DNA of 61,797 bases from a virus (IMGVR_UViG_3300044627_004557:1-61797); one strand, 5' to 3'; counted from the first letter of the stretch, positions 25,587 to 34,171 are shown. Notes: generated by a model from the letters alone, not told the origin. Translations and numbers: made by a program.

Positions 25587-26313
25587 AGTGTAGGTTGATT
25601 GTTACATTCTTCTTGCCCTTGCCCATCGTGCCGGAGCATAGGCCGCATTTGTCACAGGTTGATTTGTATCCCGCCTCCTTGGATGCAGGACATACGACCC
25701 CCGACACGGGGTCATCCGCCCCCTTGGATAGGAACGATCGATAATCCAACTGCTCCGCCAGGCCGACCTCCGACTCGGTGTGCACGGATGCCATAAACCA
25801 AGAGCCGTACTCCTTGGCCCAAGGCTTGGCCCATTGGTGGGTGTAGCCGGTCCATACCTTGGCCACACGAGCCATTTGAGAGACCAAGGCTGCATCCATA
25901 AGGCTTGGCTCACCATAGGTGCCAAAGCGGACATACGATGCGTCACAGAGGCTTACAATGCGTCTACGCTTATCGTCATCCAAGAGGGTTACATCTTGTG
26001 GTTTGATACGCCGTAGCGTGGACAGGAATCCGGAGTATTGCAGGGCCTTATGGGTGTAGCATCCCTGTGTGAGGGATTTGTCTTTGGCCCGTTGGTTGCC
26101 TGAGAAGGGGCAGTCAAGGCAACACGATGAGTCCAGGGCAAAGAACTCCTTCATCGTGAACTTCCTCCCCGAATTGGCTAGCCGGTACTGCTCAAGGCTG
26201 AAGGTGTAGGTCTGCACGATGTCCGCATTGGAGCCGGTGATCTTCTTGTTGGAAGACGGAGACTTGGATACGACAAACAGGTTGCCGCCATCCACATATA
26301 CTACTTTAGGCAT
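25585..26313 (-). CDS. Cys-rich Fe-S / radical-SAM-like phage protein (gp88-like)
   Basis: SSNKK, CLDCP..CY, VRFGTYGEP, WTGYTHQW, MASV, VCPA..TCDKCGLC. Confidence 0.6.
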   Translation of the reverse strand: MPKVVYVDGGNLFVVSKSPSSNKKITGSNADIVQTYTFSLEQYRLANSGRKFTMKEFFALDSSCCLDCPFSGNQRAKDKSLTQGCYTHKALQYSGFLSTLRRIKPQDVTLLDDDKRRRIVSLCDASYVRFGTYGEPSLMDAALVSQMARVAKVWTGYTHQWAKPWAKEYGSWFMASVHTESEVGLAEQLDYRSFLSKGADDPVSGVVCPASKEAGYKSTCDKCGLCSGTMGKGKKNVTINLH

Positions 26314-26316
26314 AGG

Positions 26317-26718
26317 TTATTGGGTTAAGTACTCGTTATACTCTTCAATCTCTGCAATGAGGGCGCTCCTCACTTTGTCCATGACCTTGGGGGACATCCT
26401 CTTCACCCCAAATTCTCTGCGTACCTGGTCTTTGTTCACGAAGATCCATCCAATCTGACCGCTATCAAATGGGCATGAGAACGGTTTATGACTGATGGTG
26501 ATTCCGCTATGGTCGTACATGTAGATGGGTAACATAAGGGCGATGTCGTGCACTCTGCGTAATGATTCTGCAAAGTGAGTGAATCCCCAATAATCCCCTG
26601 AATTGTAGGGGTTCCTGTCGCCAAGGATGTACCTACGATGGAAGCACAGCATGGTGCCGAGGTTCTCGTTCCACTCCCGTGGATTCATAATTTCGGTGGT
26701 TTCGGTTTCTTGATACAT
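26317..26718 (-). CDS. Conserved phage/MGE early protein
   Basis: NPREW.NLGTMLCFHRRYILGD, LPIYMYDHSGITIS..FSCPFDSGQIGWI. Confidence 0.7.
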   Translation of the reverse strand: MYQETETTEIMNPREWNENLGTMLCFHRRYILGDRNPYNSGDYWGFTHFAESLRRVHDIALMLPIYMYDHSGITISHKPFSCPFDSGQIGWIFVNKDQVRREFGVKRMSPKVMDKVRSALIAEIEEYNEYLTQ

Positions 26719-26752
26719 GATAATTGAGTTTATAGGGTTGAGGGTTGAGTGT

Positions 26753-26783
26753 AAAGAAAGGGGGAGGCTTTAATACCTCCCCC
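26753..26783 (-). terminator. Intrinsic terminator
   Basis: gggggagg-ctttaata-cctccccc with a U-rich tail on the minus strand. Confidence 0.7.
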
Positions 26784-26791
26784 ATTGATTG

Positions 26792-27763
26792 TTATTTAGA
26801 TGACTTCTTGGTTGGGATCAGTACCATCACGGGTGTGCCGTCTTCTGTCCCGTCTTGTACGAGTTCCCAGTTGTAATCGCTGTCAAGGTAGAACGATCGA
26901 TGGTGCGTCTCTGGGTTGCTGCTATTCTTCCTAACTTGAATGAAGCCGCCGGTGGCTGCAGTAAGTCCCAAGGATTTACAAACATCTTCTGAAACAATTC
27001 TTCTTTCCTGCCCGGATTTATTAGCATGCTCGGAGAAGTCAAAGTACTTGCTCTCCTCGGGGAAGCAGTCGGGGTGGTTCTTCTTGATCTTGGGTTTCCA
27101 AGTTGAACATGCTAATTCGTGCAGTCCACGGATGGCTTCGTCGGTAGTAGTTCCGTCCAACTTGAAGTGCTCGGATAGGTACGCCCTTTGCGGTGTAGTT
27201 GCTGCTTCGTAGTACTCGTTGAGTAACTCACGGGAGATTTGGATCTGTTTTGACATGGTTGTTTGGGTTTGGTTTGAGTTTGTGATTTGACGGAATTGTT
27301 TTAAGGTTATTTCTACAAATTGAGGATAATCATCAAGGCAGTTTGCGATGGAACCACCATAGTACTTGCTTTCGTCACGCGGATGGCCGGACACTAGGGT
27401 ATAACCAACTTGAAAACGGGTGTAGCGTTCATCTGCATTGCTTCTCCACCAAGCATAGAGTTCTTTAAAGTTTTCTTCTGTGGCTTCGATGCACCAGTGT
27501 TCAGGTTGTGTCATGGGTTGTGTGTTTGTGATTTGACGGAATTGTTCGAGGGTGATTTCTTGGTAGGATGGATGCCTTTCGGTAAGGCCTTCCTCGGGAC
27601 CGCCCCAATAATAACTTGAATCTGTTGGGTGCTCTGAAAGCAATATCCTTCCTTCTCTTAGGTCAGCCCATCCGCTTCCTTTAGTTTTCGTTCGCCACCA
27701 CGGCTGAAGTTCTGCGCAGTTCTCTTCGGTTACAGGGATGTACCATTTTTCTGGATGTTTCAT
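26792..27763 (-). CDS. Hypothetical protein with duplicated N-terminal domain
   Basis: Two copies of PE.W.I..TEEN..EL..WWR...EITL.QFRQITN, then a third domain. Confidence 0.7.
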   Translation of the reverse strand: MKHPEKWYIPVTEENCAELQPWWRTKTKGSGWADLREGRILLSEHPTDSSYYWGGPEEGLTERHPSYQEITLEQFRQITNTQPMTQPEHWCIEATEENFKELYAWWRSNADERYTRFQVGYTLVSGHPRDESKYYGGSIANCLDDYPQFVEITLKQFRQITNSNQTQTTMSKQIQISRELLNEYYEAATTPQRAYLSEHFKLDGTTTDEAIRGLHELACSTWKPKIKKNHPDCFPEESKYFDFSEHANKSGQERRIVSEDVCKSLGLTAATGGFIQVRKNSSNPETHHRSFYLDSDYNWELVQDGTEDGTPVMVLIPTKKSSK

Positions 27764-27770
27764 TTGATTT

Positions 27771-27800
27771 GGGTTTAGGGTTTAGGGTTTAGGGTTTAGG
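27771..27800 (+). repeat. (GGGTTTA)n heptamer tandem repeat, G-quadruplex-type motif
   Basis: gggtttagggtttagggtttagggtttagg, intergenic. Confidence 0.85.
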
Positions 27801-28247
27801 TTAGATTAGTCCTTCGTTTGCAAGGGATGTGTATCCGTCCGTGGTTAGGATTACATGGTCATGCAGTTTGATGTCAAGCATTGACAGTCCTTGCTTTACT
27901 TTCTTTGTCAAGTCTTTGTCCTGTTGCGATGGTTCTCTGTTTCCTGATGGGTGGTTGTGCACCAAAATTACGCTAGAACACAGGTCATCCACCGCGTACT
28001 TGGCGATGATCTTGGGGTCTGCCACCGTTCCCGATGTCCCACCTTGGGATATCTTGGCGTAGGATGTGACCATGCCGGCACGATTCAGCATCATGATGAA
28101 CATGGACTCGTAGAGTTCAATGTCCTCATGGTAGAATTGTCGGGCGAATCTTTCGGCATCGTCTGGGCTTTCTATCTTTACCCTCACAAAGGATGAAGGC
28201 TCGGATACACAGGTGATTTGGCGGGATTTTACATAGGTTGTTTTCAT
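27801..28247 (-). CDS. RadC-like JAB domain protein
   Basis: ESMFIMMLNRA..ISQGG..TVADP..ILVHNHPSGN..PS..D..T..LHDHVIL. Confidence 0.9.
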   Translation of the reverse strand: MKTTYVKSRQITCVSEPSSFVRVKIESPDDAERFARQFYHEDIELYESMFIMMLNRAGMVTSYAKISQGGTSGTVADPKIIAKYAVDDLCSSVILVHNHPSGNREPSQQDKDLTKKVKQGLSMLDIKLHDHVILTTDGYTSLANEGLI

Positions 28248-28269
28248 ATTGATGGGTTTAGGTTGATGG

Positions 28270-28509
28270 TTAAATTTTAGGGAGTTCGATATTGTGTTCT
28301 ATCCATTCTTGGATTTCGTCCACCTCTTCGGGCGTGAAGGATTCGTACATAAGTTTTGGGTCGTCAAATTCTACCGATGAACAATTGAATGCAGGGATGT
28401 CCTCATTCGTGTATTTGCCCGAGATTTCATGGCCGTCCACATTGATGCAGAAGCGAATGGTTATCTCTGCACGGACAATTTCTTGGAATTCTTTGCTGAT
28501 TTCTAACAT
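28270..28509 (-). CDS. Small acidic hypothetical protein
   Basis: First ORF after the early promoter at 28592-28622. Confidence 0.6.
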   Translation of the reverse strand: MLEISKEFQEIVRAEITIRFCINVDGHEISGKYTNEDIPAFNCSSVEFDDPKLMYESFTPEEVDEIQEWIEHNIELPKI

Positions 28510-28543
28510 ATTGATGGGGTTGAGTGGACGATGTTTGAATTGA

Positions 28544-28567
28544 AAAAGTACACTATAGTAGACTTTT
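28544..28567. promoter_or_regulatory. Near-palindromic operator-like site, copy 1 of 6
   Basis: aaaagtacactatagtagactttt; other copies at 29870-29890, 30161-30181, 30310-30332, 31702-31724 and 31762-31781 (core gtatactatagtagacttt). Confidence 0.75.
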
Positions 28568-28591
28568 TATTTGTTGTTGAATTCATTAATA

Positions 28592-28622
28592 CAAAGGTAC
28601 GGCTGATGTCTCATTGTACAAA
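28592..28622 (-). promoter_or_regulatory. Bacteroidota primary-sigma promoter (early)
   Basis: Minus strand TTTG-N19-TACCTTTG. Confidence 0.8.
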
Positions 28623-28628
28623 TAGCAT

Positions 28629-29093
28629 TTACCAAGATGAGCGATAATAGAAGTCACATTGGTTTTCGGGTTCCTCTTCAAGGACTTTCTCCAACATTTC
28701 TGCGGTTTCTTTGATGTCTTGGAAGTAGAACTCGTCGTAATCTGTTGACCCAAAGAAGCACCCTTCAACTGTTGGGAGTATCTCCGATGAGTGATCGGGC
28801 TTTGCGATTACTTGCCTGCATTCGTGCAGAAGGTCTCTAAGGTTGTCCCTTGACACAAAATACTCCTCGCAGTTGTCCATTCCGCCTTGGACATTTTCTA
28901 CAAACCACCGGTGGATTTGGTTTGACTTACGCCACGAGTGGATTTGCTCCTCAATGTAGGATACCCGTTCGGGCTTGATGTGTGGCACGTCTACGCCACC
29001 ACACTTGACGGTTACACTATGCCGTTTGTCGGGAGTCATATGGCTCCAATTTTGGACATAGGTTTTCTTGGATAGATACATGTCTAGTCCCAT
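28629..29093 (-). CDS. Conserved phage early protein
   Basis: MGLDMYL..WRKSNQIHRWFVENVQGG.DNC..LPT.EG.FFGSTDYDE.Y..FYYRSSW. Confidence 0.75.
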   Translation of the reverse strand: MGLDMYLSKKTYVQNWSHMTPDKRHSVTVKCGGVDVPHIKPERVSYIEEQIHSWRKSNQIHRWFVENVQGGMDNCEEYFVSRDNLRDLLHECRQVIAKPDHSSEILPTVEGCFFGSTDYDEFYFQDIKETAEMLEKVLEEEPENQCDFYYRSSW

Positions 29094-29139
29094 AGCAGAT
29101 TTTGTTTGGTATATCTCCCATCCCGGAGTTTGGTTTTGT

Positions 29140-29481
29140 TTAAGGGTTTTGGTGAAGTTCTGGAAATATAAATACTGTGCCTGGGTCGTACCATTCGGCA
29201 TGCCACCCATGTTTGGATAGCAGTTTCATAAACGACCTAAGGGTTCCTCCGTGGTAATTCTTGGATGAATCGTTGTAGTACGCAAATGCGGTTCTGCCTT
29301 TGTAGGTGTATCCGCATTCTCCACATAGCCAAATGCCGTTCTTCCACGCCTCAGTTATGTCTTTGCCCCAAAAGTCCTCCGTGGTACGGATTAGGGGTTT
29401 GTGCCGGTCATTTGGGTCTTCGGTTTGCAGGGATTCGGCCAATATGGCCATCATCGCTTCTCTTGTTTTGTTTAGGCTCAT
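29140..29481 (-). CDS. Hypothetical protein
   Basis: GIWLCGE..L.KHGWHAEWYDPGTV. Confidence 0.65.
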   Translation of the reverse strand: MSLNKTREAMMAILAESLQTEDPNDRHKPLIRTTEDFWGKDITEAWKNGIWLCGECGYTYKGRTAFAYYNDSSKNYHGGTLRSFMKLLSKHGWHAEWYDPGTVFIFPELHQNP

Positions 29482-29571
29482 GGCTTTAGGGATAAAGGGT
29501 TGTAAGGAATAGGAATGCTCGCGTTAATGCATACAGACCAAGGATGCCGAGTGCGGCAACAAACAAGGTCT

Positions 29572-29844
29572 TTAGGATTTCTCTACTTGGCATCTCTTTT
29601 CGGTTTTTAGTATTGAGTTGAGTTCCTTTTTGATTCGCCTTGCATCATCGCCTCGCCAAGTTTGTGCATTGCTCAAGAAATACAGGACAATAGAGTCTCC
29701 GGAGTCAAGGCCGTAGTCGTCATAAACTGAATTCAGACTACGCATTGCATCAATGTATGGCACAGCACCAAAATAGGGGTTAGGCCAAGTCCTACGAATT
29801 TCTGCGGCTATTTCGTAGAGGGGTCTTTGGGATTGATTTGACAT
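29572..29844 (-). CDS. Conserved small phage early protein
   Basis: RPLYEIAAEIRRTW..PYFGAVPYIDAM..YGLDSG.SIVLYFLSNA.TWRG..ARRIKKEL. Confidence 0.75.
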   Translation of the reverse strand: MSNQSQRPLYEIAAEIRRTWPNPYFGAVPYIDAMRSLNSVYDDYGLDSGDSIVLYFLSNAQTWRGDDARRIKKELNSILKTEKRCQVEKS

Positions 29845-29891
29845 GGTTTTTGAGTTGGTTTAGTGAATTAGTATACTATAGTAGACTTTTA

Positions 29892-30104
29892 TCATTGAGA
29901 AACACGAATGAATTCTGATGTCTGATTGCTGAAGCGGTGTTTCCTACGCTCCTTCCTTGATGAAACCCATTTAGGGTCTACCATTGGGATGGCCTCAAAC
30001 AAGGCCTTTGGCTTTTGCCTCAAGTACTTTGTTTCGCCTCTTTGCAGATAATTTTCTGCAAGCCTTTTATCCTTTATGCAAGGATGGTCAACTAAATAAA
30101 ACAT
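29892..30104 (-). CDS. Small basic hypothetical protein
   Basis: ATG at 30104, downstream of the promoter at 30217-30247. Confidence 0.45.
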   Translation of the reverse strand: MFYLVDHPCIKDKRLAENYLQRGETKYLRQKPKALFEAIPMVDPKWVSSRKERRKHRFSNQTSEFIRVSQ

Positions 30105-30216
30105 ATGTGGTTGATTTTGTTTTTGCCTACTTGGTATTGGCATCAGCATTCCAAATGAATAGTATACTATAGTAGACTTTTTTGATAGCATCTCTATGGT
30201 GTAGCATTCAATAATA

Positions 30217-30247
30217 CAAAGATAGGCAAGTTTTCCCATTTGACAAA
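30217..30247 (-). promoter_or_regulatory. Bacteroidota primary-sigma promoter (early)
   Basis: Minus strand TTTG-N19-TATCTTTG; upstream TAAATGCTATTTG is shared with the 28592 promoter. Confidence 0.8.
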
Positions 30248-30488
30248 TAGCATTTACTGTTCAACGGAACGCATCGCATTGGTTCGCCACTCCTTGCGAG
30301 ATTTATTCAAAAAGTATACTATAGTAGACTTTCCCGGTTTTGTTTTGTTACGCTGCATCGCACCGCATCGCATATGATAGTGATAGTGACTTTTTTTCTG
30401 TACTCGATCGAGTTTTACGAATGAGTGCCAGGGAACAACAATGTGTTATGAAGGCAATTAGTTCGTATTGTGTTACGAAAGTATGGGC

Positions 30489-30518
30489 AAAAAAAAACCC
30501 CTTGCTTTCGCAAGGGGT
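30489..30518 (-). terminator. Intrinsic terminator after the first early gene
   Basis: accccttgc-tttc-gcaaggggt with an A-run on plus (U tail on minus). Confidence 0.85.
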
Positions 30519-30528
30519 CTGTAACACA

Positions 30529-31356
30529 TTATGCGTGATTTTTTATGCTTTGTGTTACGAGTTCACGCTGAGGTTTTGTTAATTTAATGTTACCATAGTC
30601 TGTAATCCACTTCTTGGACTTTGTATCCAAGTAATGTGTTACGCCAAATGGCTGATGCCTTTTAGCATCCAACAGGATGGTAGGCATAACATTAGTTACA
30701 TTTTTCAAGAACTCTTGCAGTTCGGTGGGTTCAATGTTATGTAGTTCGGTAACATATCCGCCTTTGTTATGTTTGGATATTGTTATACCTTGACCTTTGT
30801 ATAACATATTAAACACAACCTCCTTGGCTTCGTTCTCTTTTGTCTCTTGCTCTTGCTCTAATTGTCTATCGTGAGACTCCAAAGCATCCGTAACATTAGA
30901 CGAATTATCGTCGTCTTTTGGTTCGGTTTCTTTATTGTCTTTTGTTTTACCACTACAAAAATCGTTAAAAGTAGTGGCATCCATAACATATTCCGTAGGT
31001 GATTCTGCGTTCAATGTTATAAATTGACCCACTTTTTCGGGGTTATTTTTAACATATTTCCCCATAGTGGCGAGGCGATAGAAATAGGCTTTGCCCATAT
31101 TAAATGTAACACTAATTACATCCTCCATCGTAACATCAATCTTTTTCTTCTTTCGTAACTCTTTACACTCCGCAGAGTTAAAATAGACACGGAAATCGTA
31201 ACACAATTTGGATAGTTCCACCAATTTTAAGAAACGATTGTGCCTAATGTTACGAAGTTCTGTTAGTAACTTTTTAACATCAGAAAATTTCACGATGTTA
31301 CGAACCGAAGGCAAAGCAACAAACAAAGAAACGGCATTCAAAACTGACTTATTCAT
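30529..31356 (-). CDS. First early gene, hypothetical protein
   Basis: 275-aa ORF between the promoter at 31583-31613 and the terminator at 30489-30518. Confidence 0.75.
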   Translation of the reverse strand: MNKSVLNAVSLFVALPSVRNIVKFSDVKKLLTELRNIRHNRFLKLVELSKLCYDFRVYFNSAECKELRKKKKIDVTMEDVISVTFNMGKAYFYRLATMGKYVKNNPEKVGQFITLNAESPTEYVMDATTFNDFCSGKTKDNKETEPKDDDNSSNVTDALESHDRQLEQEQETKENEAKEVVFNMLYKGQGITISKHNKGGYVTELHNIEPTELQEFLKNVTNVMPTILLDAKRHQPFGVTHYLDTKSKKWITDYGNIKLTKPQRELVTQSIKNHA

Positions 31357-31582
31357 AACAATATATATTTTGTGTTATGTTTTTGTGCAATGTTATGAGG
31401 ATTTGCACATATCCGATTTATGCATTGTTATGGGAATGCATACCCACAGTCAATCCGAAAAAAGCATAACACAACTTTTTTGTGAGAACATTACTCACAT
31501 TGTGTTATTTAATTTTTCAATAAGTCAAAGAACGAATCGTCGTAACACATTACGCATCCCTGCGACCTTTACTAACGATATA

Positions 31583-31613
31583 CAAATATACAAAAGAAAT
31601 TTGATATTACAAA
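31583..31613 (-). promoter_or_regulatory. Bacteroidota primary-sigma promoter (early)
   Basis: Minus strand TTTG-N19-TATATTTG, with GCTA before the TTTG as in the other two early promoters. Confidence 0.8.
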
Positions 31614-32987
31614 TAGCCATACAATGCAGTAAAGGGACATTTTGGCTAACAGTTTACCGACACGATGTGAGATGTGTTATGGATTACTTGTTTTTGATTG
31701 GAAAAGTATACTATAGTAGACTTTATGTAGAATGTGTTACGAAAATTGCCTATCAGCAAAGGTATACTATAGTAGACTTTTTGTAGAATGTGTTATGAAA
31801 TGTAGCAAAACCCTGGATTTGCTATATGCCCACGATAGTGAATTTGTTGTTACAACAATGATTTATTTTTTCCGTATTACCTACAAGCACTAATAATTGT
31901 GTAATATGTTATAGAATAGTGTAGCAATAAAAACCTTTGGTAATTTTTGGGTGTATCGTAACACATTGTTTTGCATTAGAGTTTTTGGAAGGTGTATCGT
32001 TTTGTTATAACAACATAAAATTCAGCCACATACACAAAATCATTTGTTACAAAAATGATGTGTTATGAGTAATCCTGTTTTTCCAATAAAAATATGAGAT
32101 GAAAAATCACAATGTGTTATGAATACACCTGGACTCAGTACAAAGTCGTTTTGTTATAACACAACCATTTGTAAAACAATATGGATTTGGTAAAAGATGT
32201 GTTATGAAAAGATGTGTTACACAATTAGATAAATGATGTGTTACACGGATGAGATAAAACTTGTGTTACAAAACAAGACATCCTGTGCAATCATTGGTTT
32301 TGTTATAACACAACCACTTACCGAACGAACGATTTTTACTTTTCATAACAATGCTAACCAAAATAATGTGTTATAACAATGCGAGTTAGTCATCATTATT
32401 TTTGCTCAAAAATAAAAATAGGTTTTATATATTTTTAGTCATTAGAAAAATAATGTGTTGTAACAATGCTATGATAAACAATATGTTATAACACAACCAC
32501 TTTTTGTATCCAATAAATTTATTGTAGCAATTATTCATAACATTGATTACAATTTTATCGTATCATTAGACGAGCAATAGCATTGTTATATAACACATCA
32601 TTGTTTTTTTGTCATCATTTTTTTTTGGAATAAAAATCAATCATTGTTATAACATTGCCTAATTGTGCCTGTTGTTTTAACAAATGATACACTAAATGTA
32701 GTAGAGCAAAACTAAATATATTGTTGTAACAACAGATTGACTAATGGATTGTTTATTCAATGTTACGAATAGGGGGGGACGACTTTCATTTTTGAAACTG
32801 AACTAGAAAAATTAGGGGTAAAGCCCAAAATTCCATCCATACAATGTTCAAAATTCCATCCATAGGGATCCCTATTTTGAACAGGGAGTGCTATATCTAT
32901 ATTATTATATAGAGGGAAATTAGGGGGGTACCAAAAAAGTGCCCTAGCGATATCAAAAACAGCGTTTTTTATTGACATATAATTCAC

Positions 32988-33032
32988 AATGTGGCCAAAT
33001 TCACCAAAAATGTGGCCAAATTCACCACATTT
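32988..33032 (+). repeat. Iteron-like 19-bp direct repeat pair (21-bp period)
   Basis: aatgtggccaaattcacca at 32988-33006 and 33009-33027; also inverted aaatgtgg/ccacattt. Confidence 0.85.
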
Positions 33033-33071
33033 GTAAGAACATTTGGGGTAAAAAAGGGTTACTTTTACGAT

Positions 33072-33524
33072 ATGGCAAAGTTTTTAAGGAAGAGGCAGCT
33101 TGTGGATACTCAAACGGGGGAGGAATTCCTTTCGGATGAGCGTATTAGTGTTTTAGGGAGGTCTGCATGGGACAGGGCGAGGTTTGTAAAGATGTTTATT
33201 CCCGGGTTGGAGGCTTTGGTTAGGCTAAAGCCATCGGAGATCGCCTTGGCTATGTACGTTATGACCAGGCTGAAGAGTGGTTCCAGGGTGGTTCAGGTGG
33301 AGTTTCAGGGGTATTGTGAGTGGGTGGAGCCTATTGTGGGGAAGAAGCCTGATCGATCTTCGTACCACAAGGCGGTTAAGGGGTTGGTTGGCGAGGGCTG
33401 GATGGCGAAGTCCGGGAAGGAGTGGTTGATTAACCACAACATGGCTTTTGTTGGCGATAGGGGGAGGCATTTGGTTTCAAGCACGGTCTCTTTGGTGCGT
33501 TCAAACGAAACTATTGAGCCCTAG
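33072..33524 (+). CDS. RepL-like winged-helix DNA-binding/replication protein
   Basis: LVDTQTGE, FVKMF, RSSYHKAVKGLV.EGW..K...WLINHNMAFVGDR fit the RepL family pattern; ATG at 33072. Confidence 0.6.
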   Translation: MAKFLRKRQLVDTQTGEEFLSDERISVLGRSAWDRARFVKMFIPGLEALVRLKPSEIALAMYVMTRLKSGSRVVQVEFQGYCEWVEPIVGKKPDRSSYHKAVKGLVGEGWMAKSGKEWLINHNMAFVGDRGRHLVSSTVSLVRSNETIEP

Positions 33525-33532
33525 GGCGGTTA
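33508..33532 (+). promoter_or_regulatory. Putative ECF-sigma promoter AAAC-N17-GTTA
   Basis: Lies 7 nt before the ATG at 33540. Confidence 0.45.
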
Positions 33533-33539
33533 TAGGGGC

Positions 33540-33779
33540 ATGAACATGAACATCGTTATGTCGTATCCGGGTATCATCGTGGAGATGATGGAGGATTACT
33601 ACGAGTCCGGGAAGGATTTTGAGGAAATAAAGTACGATCATGCAAGGTATTTTATAGAGAAAAACTATTATCTTTACAGAGACCTTGTGTCAAAGGACTT
33701 GGCTTTTTATGAAAAAGCCTTTAACTTGATGACTACAAGGGGGGACTACAAAGACAAAATACTTACCAATGAAAGATGA
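33540..33779 (+). CDS. Hypothetical protein
   Basis: ORF in operon. Confidence 0.55.
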   Translation: MNMNIVMSYPGIIVEMMEDYYESGKDFEEIKYDHARYFIEKNYYLYRDLVSKDLAFYEKAFNLMTTRGDYKDKILTNER

Positions 33780-34125
33780 ATCAATAGAGGGAAGAGTTTT
33801 AGAGCCATACGGTTTTGAATATGTAAATTCGTCCTGGATGAGCGACGAAGCGGATGGCCCGGGGTATTGGCGGAGTGCTACGCACAAAGTCATAAAGCAC
33901 GAAGACGACCGGTACACGATCTTTCAATTTGGCGAAATCAGCGATTACGACGAAAAGAACAAGATTTTCACGGTGTCGCACTTTGATGAGTTGGGTTTTG
34001 TGTGCTTTTTTGGGATGATTGATTGGGAGGACGAGGAGTTTTGCGACAAGTTGCTCACAATGGTTGGGGCGATCATAGAGATTGATCACGACTTGGATGA
34101 CGTCTTTGGGGAAGACGAGGAGTGA
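33769..34125 (+). CDS. Acidic hypothetical protein
   Basis: Overlapping ORF, very D/E-rich. Confidence 0.6.
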   Translation: MKDESIEGRVLEPYGFEYVNSSWMSDEADGPGYWRSATHKVIKHEDDRYTIFQFGEISDYDEKNKIFTVSHFDELGFVCFFGMIDWEDEEFCDKLLTMVGAIIEIDHDLDDVFGEDEE

Positions 34126-34149
34126 ACAAAGCACAAAGCCGTATTGTTA
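34124..34149 (+). promoter_or_regulatory. Putative ECF-sigma (late) promoter GAAC-N18-GTTA
   Basis: gaac aaagcacaaagccgtatt gtta, upstream of the ATG at 34172. Confidence 0.6.
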
Positions 34150-34171
34150 ATGATGCAGAACTAACAAAATT

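Larger units (their letters stand above)
30440..32766. repeat. Dense dispersed TGTTA(Y) / TGTTATAACA motif field
   Basis: About 65 TGTTA/TAACA occurrences by manual count. Perfect TGTTATAACA palindromes near 32003, 32152, 32301, 32369, 32484 and 32645. Confidence 0.85.

Noticed and set aside
31208-31786. 192-aa plus-strand ORF (and 30340-30582)
   Set aside because: Antisense to the early gene and promoter, crosses operator sites, and its composition reflects the TGTTA motif field.
30440-32766. DnaA-box cluster (oriC mimic) for the DnaA-domain-IV protein
   Set aside because: The motif is TGTTAY/TGTTATAACA, not TTATCCACA or TTATTAACA-like; binding cannot be excluded but is unsupported.
32991-33071. 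N-terminal extension MAKFTKNVAKFTT of the RepL-like ORF
   Set aside because: It is a translation of the iteron repeats; the ATG at 33072 is the more plausible start.
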